DNA of 64,000 nt from positions 4,448,001 to 4,512,000 of the forward strand of contig OZ244207.1 in NCBI GenBank assembly GCA_965216875.1, read 5' to 3'. Below are positions 20,193-29,919 of this stretch, one piece after another. The translations under genes and the position numbers were made by a program. The notes beneath the pieces are model-generated. The model was not told the origin of the DNA and searched no databases. It saw nothing but the letters and a program-made list of their open reading frames with translations. How positions within the stretch are numbered: position 1 is the first letter of the stretch; every line of letters starts with the position of its first letter. This stretch comes from Rubripirellula sp. Its GTDB lineage: Bacteria > Planctomycetota > Planctomycetia > Pirellulales > Pirellulaceae.

Positions 20193-20357
20193 CTATTTCC
20201 CTCCTCCCCATGACCCGCCGTACGATCGGCCGGACGAAAAGTGAATGTTCGATTTTGGTAATTTCCAACCGCCAACGGCCGCTGCCGTAAGGAAGCCACA
20301 GGTTGCGAGGCCAAACACAAGGTAAAGCACGAAGATGATGGTCTGTAGTCGGGACAT
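20193..20357 (-). CDS. Small membrane protein with Gly-rich tail (...YGGSWGGGK)
   Basis: 54-aa ORF from ATG 20357 with one TM helix, fitting exactly between the DUF4178 and DUF350 genes. Confidence 0.7.
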   Translation of the reverse strand: MSRLQTIIFVLYLVFGLATCGFLTAAAVGGWKLPKSNIHFSSGRSYGGSWGGGK

Positions 20358-20373
20358 CAAATCACTCGCCGGC

Positions 20374-21906
20374 TCATTCGGTTGCGTAAGGACTGTAGTC
20401 GCTGTCTTGCCAACGCTTCTTTTCGAAGCTGTGGTTGTACACCATGATCCCGATTGGGAAAGCGGAAACAACGATCATGCAAATGAACCACAGTCCACCA
20501 TCAGCACCACCGATGACCTTGATTAGCATCAGCAAGAATAGGAATGCGGGCCACATCAAGAAAGGCATGCAACCACAATTGGGACGCGGCTGAATCACGC
20601 CGACACCCCAAGGTTTCGAAACCAATTCCAACCCAAAGGCTTTTTCGATCTCTTCGGCTTCGACGTAGGTTCCCAGCGAAACGGTCACCTCTTCCGAGTT
20701 GCTCGATTCGCCGTATTCATACGAAATCATCTCGGGCGGTGCGATGTAGTCCGCCGTGCGTACTTGTTCGCCCACAAAGACTTGCCAATAAAACTCGCCG
20801 AGCACGGCGCGCACGTAGGCAGTGCCACGGTCATAAACCTTGAAGCGTTTTCCTTTGTAGGTCGCCTGGCTGTTCGTTTGACTCACTTCATGGACAGGAA
20901 CGGGTTCGACAAAGGACCAATGCCGATCGTTGCGAACCAGCCAGCGGAATCCGACATCGGGGTTGTACAACAGGTACTCGCTCCAGGGGAACGTTTGCCC
21001 CGCATACAACGCATAGCGCCAAAGGAATCCGATCACCGTGTATTTGACACCGTTGAGTTCGCCTTCGGTTCCAATCGGGATCACAATCGGCAAACGCTCG
21101 GCATGTTTGATCGTCATCAGGTAGGACAACTTTCCTTCGGAAGCGTCCAACATGCCGTTACAACTTTGACAAACGACGCGTTCAGCTTTGTCCGGCGCGT
21201 GCAGCGTTAGCGGCCCACCACAGTTGGGACAATTCAATTGCAACGCTGCAACGGGAACATGCTCTTGGTCGACCATGGAATGGTCTTCATCAAGATTCAA
21301 GTCGTCGATCGAGACTTCTTTGCCAACAAAGGCTTTGGGTTGATCGCCATACTCGAAGGTGGCAAACGTTCCGTCGGGACCGGACAGGTCAACATACCGA
21401 TGTTCGCCGCCGGGGCGAAACGCCCAGGGAATATCACCTTCGGCCGATCGGTTCTTGGCAACGCCTTTTTCGGCAACCGTGAATTCGCTCTTTCCAAGTT
21501 TGACGGTGCGGCCAACGACAAGATCATCGAACGCCGGCAACTGAGTCGTACCGGACAACTTCCGTTCGAACATCAGGTAGCGTTTGCCTTGCGCTTCGGC
21601 CAACCATCCCCACTTGTCACCCGGAAACGCCAAGTACCACTCATCCCAAACGCCACCGGCGGGATGACCGTACTGAACACGTCCCACCACGTCGTAACGT
21701 TTGTGTTTGAACTTGCCGCTCATACCGCGACGCAGCGGTGAATTGGTCAGGACAAGATCAGCGACTTTGCCGTGGTCTTCAACCTTTCGATCAGCGCGTG
21801 CCACAACCGAATCACAAAACTCACAAACCGTCACCAACGACGAGCTGACTTTGAATTCGACGGGCCCGCCGCAAGCGGGACAAGCAGCGCTGCGATGCTT
21901 CATCAT
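20374..21906 (-). CDS. DUF4178 domain protein with two zinc ribbons
   Basis: Two CPxCGGP...CxxC + W.EW/WSEY repeats; C-terminal TM pair; ATGA overlap with the speD stop at 21903-21906. Confidence 0.88.
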   Translation of the reverse strand: MMKHRSAACPACGGPVEFKVSSSLVTVCEFCDSVVARADRKVEDHGKVADLVLTNSPLRRGMSGKFKHKRYDVVGRVQYGHPAGGVWDEWYLAFPGDKWGWLAEAQGKRYLMFERKLSGTTQLPAFDDLVVGRTVKLGKSEFTVAEKGVAKNRSAEGDIPWAFRPGGEHRYVDLSGPDGTFATFEYGDQPKAFVGKEVSIDDLNLDEDHSMVDQEHVPVAALQLNCPNCGGPLTLHAPDKAERVVCQSCNGMLDASEGKLSYLMTIKHAERLPIVIPIGTEGELNGVKYTVIGFLWRYALYAGQTFPWSEYLLYNPDVGFRWLVRNDRHWSFVEPVPVHEVSQTNSQATYKGKRFKVYDRGTAYVRAVLGEFYWQVFVGEQVRTADYIAPPEMISYEYGESSNSEEVTVSLGTYVEAEEIEKAFGLELVSKPWGVGVIQPRPNCGCMPFLMWPAFLFLLMLIKVIGGADGGLWFICMIVVSAFPIGIMVYNHSFEKKRWQDSDYSPYATE

Positions 21907-22370
21907 GCGTCCCGATACGTCCCTTGGGATTTGCACTCGGCCGCATCGGCGTCACTCTGAACACCGCGAGCGATCGTTCTGACCTGGACTGAATCGGCGT
22001 TCAAACGTTTTTGCAGCTCTTCCTGCCAAGCCCAGGAATCCCGCTCACGACAACAGTAGAGGTTGAACGTCGCAAGCTCGTATTCGGGATAGGTGTGACA
22101 GGTCAGGTGCGACTCGCTAAGCAAGTACATCGCCGTCACGCCACCGGGACCAGGAAACTTGTGGCTATGCGGGTCGCCGACCACGTGCAAGCCGAGCTCG
22201 TCAACCACATCGTCACAAACCGAAAGTATGACGCGAAGATCGCGCAGACGACTCGGATCGCATCCGAAGGCATCGACCACCCATTCGATTCCCGTCTGGG
22301 TTGGTCGTGCCGGATGCTCTGCGGTTGGTTCGGCCGAAACCGTCTCGGTTGTGCTTCCTGACAACGTCAT
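21903..22370 (-). CDS. speD: S-adenosylmethionine decarboxylase proenzyme
   Basis: GGVTAMYLLSESHLTCHTYPE self-cleavage (ESH) motif. Confidence 0.92.
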   Translation of the reverse strand: MTLSGSTTETVSAEPTAEHPARPTQTGIEWVVDAFGCDPSRLRDLRVILSVCDDVVDELGLHVVGDPHSHKFPGPGGVTAMYLLSESHLTCHTYPEYELATFNLYCCRERDSWAWQEELQKRLNADSVQVRTIARGVQSDADAAECKSQGTYRDA

Positions 22371-22373
22371 GCC

Positions 22374-23504
22374 TTAAGGGGCAGGTGGAGGCGGCGGCGG
22401 AGTCGCTGCGCTAAACATTGGCGCGAGCTGCGGTACTTGCGATGCAGGTGCCCAAGCCTGCATGCCCGCCGTCCAAACCATCGAGTCGCCTTGAATTTGA
22501 CCGCTGCTGATTCCGGCCGCAACCTGTTCAGTCGTGTAGGGCCCTTGCGACTGGCCACCAACGGCAACGTGCCAAGTTTGCGCTGCGGGAAGCGGCGGAG
22601 GAGCGGGGGCGCCAGGTGCCGGAGCGCCCGTTGCCGCAGCCGGTCCGCCCATTCCGGGCATCATCCGACTGGCCATCGCCAAGCCCATGCCGAGTCCCAT
22701 TCCCTCGGCAGCGCCACCACCCGAAGGATTGTCGGCAGCCATCGTCATCGCTTGGCCCATTTGGTACTGCTGGTACTTGTTCATGTCCCCGAGCACTCCC
22801 ATGCTCGTTCGCGTGTCGAGTGCCTTTTCGACCGCTTCGGGCAAGGAAACATTGACGATGAACAACTGCGGGCAATCGAGACCGTATTCGTCATCGATTT
22901 TTTCAACCACGTTCTTGCGAAGCGTCTCGGACATCTCGCTGTAGTTGGCCGCCAGATCGAGCGCAGGGATCTTGGATTGACCCACCATGTCGGCAAACGA
23001 GGATGCGATGATCGAACGCAAGAGTTCGTTGATTTCATCGGAGCCAAATTCGCCATCCGTTCCGACGATCTCTTTCAGCAGCGCCGTGGGATCGACCGCC
23101 TTGAGCGCATAGGTTCCGAAGGCTCGAATTCGGATCGGACCAAACTCGGGATCGCGCAACATGATCGGGTTGGGCGTTCCCCATTTCATGTCAGTAATCT
23201 GCGTCGTGTTGACGAAGTAGACTTCCGACTTGAAGGGGCTTTCGAACCCGTATTTCCACCCCATGATCGTCGACAGGACGGGCATGTTTTGAGTGGTCAG
23301 TTCGTAGTGTCCGGGCTGATACACGTCAGCGATCTCGCCCTGAGCCACGAGCACGGCGACCTGGCCGGGGCGCACAATCAATTGAGCGCCATTCTTGATT
23401 TCGTTTTGATGGCGAGGAAATCGCCAAACCATCGTGTGGTGCGAATCGTCGATCCACTCGATGATGTCGATTAGTTCGTTGCGAAGTACGTCGAACAGTC
23501 CCAT
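22374..23504 (-). CDS. SPFH domain protein with C-terminal GYF_2 (DUF4339) domain
   Basis: DIIEW..., KWGTPNPIMLRDPEFG.IRIRAFG; C-terminal WHVAVGGQSQGPY...VWTAGMQAW. Confidence 0.9.
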   Translation of the reverse strand: MGLFDVLRNELIDIIEWIDDSHHTMVWRFPRHQNEIKNGAQLIVRPGQVAVLVAQGEIADVYQPGHYELTTQNMPVLSTIMGWKYGFESPFKSEVYFVNTTQITDMKWGTPNPIMLRDPEFGPIRIRAFGTYALKAVDPTALLKEIVGTDGEFGSDEINELLRSIIASSFADMVGQSKIPALDLAANYSEMSETLRKNVVEKIDDEYGLDCPQLFIVNVSLPEAVEKALDTRTSMGVLGDMNKYQQYQMGQAMTMAADNPSGGGAAEGMGLGMGLAMASRMMPGMGGPAAATGAPAPGAPAPPPLPAAQTWHVAVGGQSQGPYTTEQVAAGISSGQIQGDSMVWTAGMQAWAPASQVPQLAPMFSAATPPPPPPAP

Positions 23505-23816
23505 CGTCGTTCCCGAGTTGAGTAAAAAAATTGTGGCACGTTGGCCAAACAGACAGGCTCATGCCCGTCTCAATGGGGGCGCGAGGTCTTCAGAGAAGTT
23601 GAAGATCAGCGTCAATGATAACGGCCCCACCGATCGGTGGGCAACTAAGGTGGGGCTTCGGCGGTTTCGCTCTCGCGGACCACCTTCTGGCGAAGGTAGC
23701 TACAGAATGTGAGCCGAACGCGCGTACGTCGGGCCTTAACACTCCATCACACGTCATCCGACCGCCCGTCATGCGGAGCATGACCTACGAAAAGGGCGTG
23801 GAGGGCAAACGTGGGA

Positions 23817-25421
23817 CTAGCGAATCAGGCTCATGTAGAAGCTGAAGATTCGGCGGCGGTCCGTGTCCGCTTTCGTGACCGGGTAGGCGAAGTCGAACGC
23901 CAGCGGTGCCGGTCCGAGCATCGGAATGGCAACACGCAGACCAAGACCCGGAGCCACGCGGAAGTCGTTGATCGAAACATCCGGCTCCACGGTACCAAAG
24001 TCGACAAAGGCGACGCCGCGGAACGCATCATCCGCCGTGATCGGGAACATGTACTCAACCGTATTGAGCCACTGGAATTGACCACCCAGCTCGACACCTG
24101 TTGCTGGATCGACCGGTCCCGCACCTCGGAAGTCGAAACCACGAATGGTCGCGTAACCACCTGCAAAGAAGTTTTCGAAGATCGGCGTGTCGTTACCACT
24201 GAATCCAAGTTGCACCGAATAGGACAGCGTTTGCTTACCCGATTCGTCGGCGCGTTCGGTGATCAACCAGTACTTGCGGTACTCGAGTTCGAAGCGTGCA
24301 TAGTCAAAGCGACCAAACATCTCTTCAAACTTGAATTGGAAGTAGTGACCGCGGCTGGCCTGAATGGGACTGTTTCGCGTGTCATGAATCAGCGAAATCT
24401 CGCCACCATAAAGCTCGTTGTTTCGATTCGCGACCGCGTCGAGTTCCGGTACCGAAGCGCGAGGTCGAGTGATTCGGACATTCTGGCCACTGATGCCGAA
24501 CGAAATCGACAAGTCGGGAGAGATCCGGTAGCCAAACGCGAGTCGGCCACCCAGACGCTCTTCGTCCCAGTCATCGAATCGTCGGTCATACAAGAACCCA
24601 CTCACCGACATACTGACCGGCTTGTATCCCAAGATGTTTGGATCGGCAAACTGCAGTGTGTACCGTTTGAAGTCGGTACCGGGTGCAGCTTCGACGCGCA
24701 ACGTTTGACCGGCACCACGGAACGCATTGCCGCCGAACAGGTCGCGGAACGAACGGGGCCAACGCAGGATGTCGAAGTTTCGTTCGTCAATCGTCAATTG
24801 ACCAGTCAGACCCGCGTCACTGTTAACAGCACCGCCGAGCATGATGCGGCCGGTACGAGCCGGGAATCCATTGATCACCAAGTCGGCTTCGCGAACGCGC
24901 GGGCCCTGGTAGGAGCGATAACGAGGACCGCCAATGCTTGGCATCGGCGAAAACACGCCGCCCTGGGCGACGGTTGCTGCTGGTTGTCCGGCTGCGTTTG
25001 GTGTTACCGTGCCAGGTGGAGGCGAGGTGACGCCAACGGTATTTGGAACTTGTCGAACAACGTGCTGCTGGCCCGCTGCTTGTGGACCGACGGCGGAGAC
25101 CTGCGCAACATCAGCGGTCGATGGAGCGGGCGCGCCAGGCAAGACAAAACCTTGTTCGGCTGGCGCGGCGGTCAACATCGTGCCATTGTCCGACGATGGT
25201 GTGGGTACCGCGTTGGTTTCTGTTCCAACAGCCTGCGCAATCGTTGGCGACTGTGTTGTTGACGCTTGGGCCGTAGCCGTCGTTTGAGGTGTTGGCGTTG
25301 CACCCAAGGTGGAGGGTGAGGCACCTCGAAACTGGGCACAGCCGGTCGTCAACATCATCGCACCGGGCAATGCCATCAGGCACATCACGCGGGCAGTCGA
25401 GTTTCGAATCAAATCGATCAT
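23817..25421 (-). CDS. BamA/Omp85-family beta-barrel protein (barrel portion)
   Basis: ERNFDI, FRGAGQ, FFAGGYATIRGF (VRGF-like lid motif), GLGLR, PLAFDFAYP; own N-terminal signal with LTTGC. Confidence 0.9.
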   Translation of the reverse strand: MIDLIRNSTARVMCLMALPGAMMLTTGCAQFRGASPSTLGATPTPQTTATAQASTTQSPTIAQAVGTETNAVPTPSSDNGTMLTAAPAEQGFVLPGAPAPSTADVAQVSAVGPQAAGQQHVVRQVPNTVGVTSPPPGTVTPNAAGQPAATVAQGGVFSPMPSIGGPRYRSYQGPRVREADLVINGFPARTGRIMLGGAVNSDAGLTGQLTIDERNFDILRWPRSFRDLFGGNAFRGAGQTLRVEAAPGTDFKRYTLQFADPNILGYKPVSMSVSGFLYDRRFDDWDEERLGGRLAFGYRISPDLSISFGISGQNVRITRPRASVPELDAVANRNNELYGGEISLIHDTRNSPIQASRGHYFQFKFEEMFGRFDYARFELEYRKYWLITERADESGKQTLSYSVQLGFSGNDTPIFENFFAGGYATIRGFDFRGAGPVDPATGVELGGQFQWLNTVEYMFPITADDAFRGVAFVDFGTVEPDVSINDFRVAPGLGLRVAIPMLGPAPLAFDFAYPVTKADTDRRRIFSFYMSLIR

Positions 25422-25548
25422 TCGGTTCGGACGCTCAGCAATATCGAATGGTAAATTGGTCAGGGTTGGTCGTCAGTCGTTGTTTTGGTTGTGGCTGGCC
25501 CAACAGTGCTGGGGATCCCACAGTCGTCGCGTATCACAAGCACAGCAA

Positions 25549-27117
25549 TCACTGGCCAGTGGGCACGACTTTGATGTCTGGTGGCTCTGCAATCTGTGGA
25601 TTGGTTTCAAGCAACTGGCTTCGTTCCAAGCGATCCTTGTTGATTTCCAACTTTCGTCGGTCGATCCAATCGCCTTCACGAAGGTCGACCAGGTTCAGCA
25701 TGGTCGTTTCACGCATCAGGTGGGGCTCGCCGTCAATGTTGACGCGGATCTCGCCCACCTTCCAACGATCGCCTTCGACAATCTGGTACACCAAGTCGAC
25801 GACATTGGCTTCGTCACGCATCACCGTCTGAGGTTCGACTTCGGCATAGATGAATCCAAGTTCACCGTATCCGTACACGATCTCGCTGACATCGCGTCGA
25901 AGGAGTGTTCCGTCAAACATGTCGCCCGGCTTGAGTTCCAACCGCGATCGAATCGATTCCTCGGTAATGAACTCGTTGCCGATCACTTGAATGTCATTCA
26001 CTTTGAAGCGTTCACCTTCTTTGATGACAAAGGTGACCGTGACCCACTTGCCGGTGGGATCGTATTCAAGCTGGCGTCCAACGGTTGCAGTTAAGAAACC
26101 GAGGTTGTGGTAGTAGCTGGCCAGGGTGTTGACATCTTGGTCAACCTTGCGAAGGTCGGCGGTGTTGCCCGCGTATGCGTAGACACCGACCATGGGGCCG
26201 CGACTCGCAATCACTTTCTTCAATCGTTGTTCGCTCAGGATGGTCGAACCCTTAATCCGGATTTCGGCGATCCGTTCTTTGGGACCTTCGTTGATGCGAT
26301 ACATGACCGCACCGGGTTCATCCTTGATGCCGATCACCGTGGTGATCGTCGCCTGGTTGAAACCTTCTTCGTGGTAGTAATCGAGCAGACGTCGCCTGCC
26401 CGATTCGATGGTGAACTCGTTGCGCGGGTCGCCTGGCGTGATGCCACTACGCCCCTTGAGTTCGCGATCACCGAGGCGGCGGTTTCCGTGGTAGATCACT
26501 TTGCTGATCGAGGGTAGTTCGTGCACGTAAAAAATGACGTCCACTCGACCGGGTTGGGTATTGAGTTTGAACGTGACATGATCGAACGACCCCATATCGT
26601 TCAAACGTCGAACGTCGCCGAGAACGGTTTCGTAGTCGTAAAAGCGATCGCGCCGCGTTTGCAGTTCTTGCAAAATGCGATGCGTGCCAACGGTCTTGTT
26701 GCCGACCACGCGCACCGACCCCACAATCGCGTCGCCTTTTTCACGGCGCACTGCGAGCCCATCGCGTGAATGGATATGGTCGCGGAATTTGGGACGTTGT
26801 TCCGGGCCCGGCGCTCCGCCACCGGCGGCACCACCTCCGGGGCCTCCGAAACCACCGCCGCCGCCGCCAAATTGGGCATCGACCGTTGCTGATGACAAAA
26901 GGATCATCAAACAAGCAACGGTGGCGTGCAATGTCCAACCAAGACAGCGACGCAACGAATCACGTACGAAAATGTGACGCATACTCTTCGGCATACTCTG
27001 GTGAATCTTCAATGGATCAGTCATCCGATCGCCCCCGACCCTCTCCGACAGTCTTTTCCGTCGGGCCGCCCGCAACCAAAAGGGATTGAGTTGCGGACAG
27101 AGCGGGGGACGATTCAC
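25549..27117 (-). CDS. POTRA-repeat protein (BamA periplasmic portion); true start probably about 26982-26994
   Basis: Repeated POTRA patterns (V.GN, DVRRL..MG.F, YYHEEGF, YYHNLGFL, YGELGFIYA); signal peptide ending VDA-QF. Confidence 0.88.
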   Translation of the reverse strand: MNRPPLCPQLNPFWLRAARRKRLSERVGGDRMTDPLKIHQSMPKSMRHIFVRDSLRRCLGWTLHATVACLMILLSSATVDAQFGGGGGGFGGPGGGAAGGGAPGPEQRPKFRDHIHSRDGLAVRREKGDAIVGSVRVVGNKTVGTHRILQELQTRRDRFYDYETVLGDVRRLNDMGSFDHVTFKLNTQPGRVDVIFYVHELPSISKVIYHGNRRLGDRELKGRSGITPGDPRNEFTIESGRRRLLDYYHEEGFNQATITTVIGIKDEPGAVMYRINEGPKERIAEIRIKGSTILSEQRLKKVIASRGPMVGVYAYAGNTADLRKVDQDVNTLASYYHNLGFLTATVGRQLEYDPTGKWVTVTFVIKEGERFKVNDIQVIGNEFITEESIRSRLELKPGDMFDGTLLRRDVSEIVYGYGELGFIYAEVEPQTVMRDEANVVDLVYQIVEGDRWKVGEIRVNIDGEPHLMRETTMLNLVDLREGDWIDRRKLEINKDRLERSQLLETNPQIAEPPDIKVVPTGQ

Positions 27118-27330
27118 CGGTAACTACTAATCTTTCGCCGGCGACCACAAGGCGGATTTGTCACCAAAAAGGCTCGATCGAACGTCGATTCAAAGAAAAA
27201 TGCGCAAGCCAGCCGATCAACTGGGATCTATACGCGAATCCGACGAGTTTCACGACGTTTTTGCCGAGTGAATTTGGACTCGCACTCGAGGTAGAACCTA
27301 CCGAGATTTCAGAAGCGAGATGAGCAACGA

Positions 27331-27795
27331 CTATTCGAGCGATGGCTCTGATTCGACCGCCACGTCCACGGTCTCCACCGGCAATTCAAGCCAGTCGGTG
27401 ATCAACATGCGCTGCACCAAGGGTTCATCAAGATGTTGCAACACGACATCCATGAGCTTGTTGCGGATTTGCGCTTGTGAGGGGTCGTTCAGCCACTCGG
27501 GGTCGCTTTGGCGAAGCAGTTGCTCGGAGGCTTCACGAATCTCCAAACGCATTTGCGTGATCCGTTCTTCGCCGCGATGCCGCTTGCTCGGATCGACGAT
27601 CGCGTGGAGCTGAAAGTGATAAACTTTCGAGAGGTCTTTGACAGGCTGAAATCGAAAACTACCGATCGCCACGGCGCTGCTTTGAGCCCCTTGAAGGCGA
27701 GCAACGCGACTGCGAACGTATCCGATGACAGCAGCGTGGACCGCTACCATCAAGAGAATCAGTGCAGCAACCCAGTAGCGACGAAACAGTTTCAC
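27331..27795 (-). CDS. FliL-like single-pass membrane protein
   Basis: N-terminal TM helix; IREA.EQLLRQ...L.DP....IRNKL...L..PLVQRMLITDW resembles the FliL C-terminus. Confidence 0.55.
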   Translation of the reverse strand: MKLFRRYWVAALILLMVAVHAAVIGYVRSRVARLQGAQSSAVAIGSFRFQPVKDLSKVYHFQLHAIVDPSKRHRGEERITQMRLEIREASEQLLRQSDPEWLNDPSQAQIRNKLMDVVLQHLDEPLVQRMLITDWLELPVETVDVAVESEPSLE

Positions 27796-27913
27796 GACTT
27801 TTACGCCCTGATCAAGTTTTAGCCCTGCTCAAACCTCAATCCCTGCGAAAGGACGTCTTTCGCACGAATAAGACGGTCATGCCGGTTTTTCGGGCTCTCC
27901 AACAGACCGACCA

Positions 27914-28960
27914 TTGAAGGATAGGTTACAAACCAGCACCGGGTCCAAACTTGCAATGCTTTCTACCTCGACGATCACGATGAACCCTTCACCGCAAATC
28001 AACGATCGTCTCGACAAGGCGACTGCGGTGCGCATCATCATCTTTACCAGCCCCAAGGCGGGAAGCGGCGCCGGACGCGATCAGATTCCCAAGCTGCAAA
28101 CGTTGCTCGAAGAGGCTGGCGCAAGCGTCACCATCGCCCACTCGGTCGATCTGTTGATGGATTCAGTCGGTGATGATTTGGAAGGCGACGCCGAACGTCC
28201 GATTGTCGTCGCCGCAGGTGGCGACGGCACATTGGCCCTCGCCGCTCAATCGGTACCGCCCGATGTGCCACTTGTGCCGATGCCGATGGGCACTGAAAAC
28301 CTGCTTGCCAAACACTTTGTGCATCGCGCCGACGCCGGATCCGTTTGCTCGGTCATTCGTTTCGGCGACCAGGTTTCACTCGATGCCGGTCTGGCAACAA
28401 GTGCGGAAGGCCGGGCAAACAAACAACCTCGTCTGTTTCTCATCATGGCTTCGTGTGGATTCGATGCCGAAGTGGTTCGCGGGATGCACCTGACCCGCCG
28501 TGGCCACATCAACCGATTCAGCTACGCCAAACCGATCGTTCGAGCTTTGTTTCGGTATCAGTTCCCCAAACTTCGCGTGCGTGTTGATGGCCAGCCGATT
28601 CCCGATTCGGCATGGTGCATGGTTTTCAACATTTCTCGCTACGCAACGAATCTGAAAATCGAACCTGACGCCAAGGGTGACGATGGAAAGCTTGACCTCA
28701 TCGCTCTGGAAAAGGGTTCGCTGCTCAGCGGCTTGCGGTACCTAGGTGGCGTGGTCACCGGCCGCCACCTCAACATGAACGACGTCAACCGCCAGCGGGG
28801 CTGTGTGATCGAACTCGATTCCGACGCGCGTGTCCCCTACCAATTGGATGGCGATTATGTGGGGCACCTACCGCTGCGGATTGAGATCAAACCGGCACGC
28901 GTGCAGTTGCTGATTCCAAACCAACCTGCGACCGATTCTGGGGCGGGATCGGATAGGTGA
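27914..28960 (+). CDS. Diacylglycerol/lipid kinase family protein (start uncertain)
   Basis: SPKAGSG, AAGGDGT, PMGTENLLA, GFDAEVV, YQLDGD. Confidence 0.9.
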   Translation: MKDRLQTSTGSKLAMLSTSTITMNPSPQINDRLDKATAVRIIIFTSPKAGSGAGRDQIPKLQTLLEEAGASVTIAHSVDLLMDSVGDDLEGDAERPIVVAAGGDGTLALAAQSVPPDVPLVPMPMGTENLLAKHFVHRADAGSVCSVIRFGDQVSLDAGLATSAEGRANKQPRLFLIMASCGFDAEVVRGMHLTRRGHINRFSYAKPIVRALFRYQFPKLRVRVDGQPIPDSAWCMVFNISRYATNLKIEPDAKGDDGKLDLIALEKGSLLSGLRYLGGVVTGRHLNMNDVNRQRGCVIELDSDARVPYQLDGDYVGHLPLRIEIKPARVQLLIPNQPATDSGAGSDR

Positions 28961-28995
28961 TTGCTCTCTTTGGCCGAATCTCAGAAACTTGAAGC

Positions 28996-29856
28996 ATGAA
29001 CGCTTCAAATGAATCCGAGTCGTCGACCTCGTCCGTACAAATCGGCAGCTATCACTGTGGTCCCGGCAACCCTCTGCTTTTGATTGCCGGTCCGTGTGTG
29101 ATGCAGGACCGCGAACTGACGCTGCAGATCGCAGAACGGCTTGCTGCGATCAATGCGCAACCAGACGTCAACGTCGTCTTCAAGGCTTCTTTTGACAAAG
29201 CCAACCGCACCAGCCTTTCCGCCAAACGCGGCCCCGGCATCGATCAAGGACTCCGTTGGCTCGAAGAAGTCAGCCAGGCAACGGGGCTGCCAACGACGAC
29301 CGATGTCCACTTGCCAGAACAAGCTGCCCCCACGGCCGAAGTTTGCTCGGTATTGCAAATCCCCGCGTTTTTGGCCAGACAAACCGATTTGTTGGTCGCG
29401 GCTGCGAAAACGGGCAAAGCGGTCAACGTGAAAAAGGGCCAGTTCATGTCGCCCGAGGACATGCAATATGTCGTGCAAAAGGTACGCGGCAGCGGCGATG
29501 GCGGCGTGATGTTGTGCGAACGTGGCACCTTCTTTGGCTATGGCCGGCTCGTCAATGACATGCAATCGCTTCCGATCATGCGATCGTTGGGCGTTCCTGT
29601 CGTTTTTGATGCCACCCACAGCGTGCAGCGGCCAGGCGGCTTGGGTGGGGCGACGGGAGGAAACCGCGAAATGGTCGAACCATTGGCCCGCGCCGCCGTA
29701 GCAATCGGTACCGACGCACTCTTTTTCGAGACCCACCCCGAACCGGACACCTCCCCCAGCGATGGGGCAAACATGATTCCGCTGGGCGAATTCGGCTCGA
29801 TGATCGACCGTTTGTTGACACTACGGCGCGTGGTCACAGAGACGTTTGGCTCGTAG
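28996..29856 (+). CDS. kdsA: 3-deoxy-8-phosphooctulonate (KDO8P) synthase
   Basis: [49 protein letters not shown]. Confidence 0.97.
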   Translation: MNASNESESSTSSVQIGSYHCGPGNPLLLIAGPCVMQDRELTLQIAERLAAINAQPDVNVVFKASFDKANRTSLSAKRGPGIDQGLRWLEEVSQATGLPTTTDVHLPEQAAPTAEVCSVLQIPAFLARQTDLLVAAAKTGKAVNVKKGQFMSPEDMQYVVQKVRGSGDGGVMLCERGTFFGYGRLVNDMQSLPIMRSLGVPVVFDATHSVQRPGGLGGATGGNREMVEPLARAAVAIGTDALFFETHPEPDTSPSDGANMIPLGEFGSMIDRLLTLRRVVTETFGS

Positions 29857-29919
29857 TTCGCGCAACTTAACCTCCCTTTCCCAGCCTCGCTGAGACTCCC
29901 TGCCTAGCCGGTTTTTCTG

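Noticed and set aside
22437..23474. 345-aa plus-strand ORF
   Set aside because: Antisense shadow of the SPFH gene
23811..25262. 483-aa plus-strand ORF
   Set aside because: Antisense shadow of the Omp85 barrel gene with no recognisable motifs; typical of high-GC codon bias
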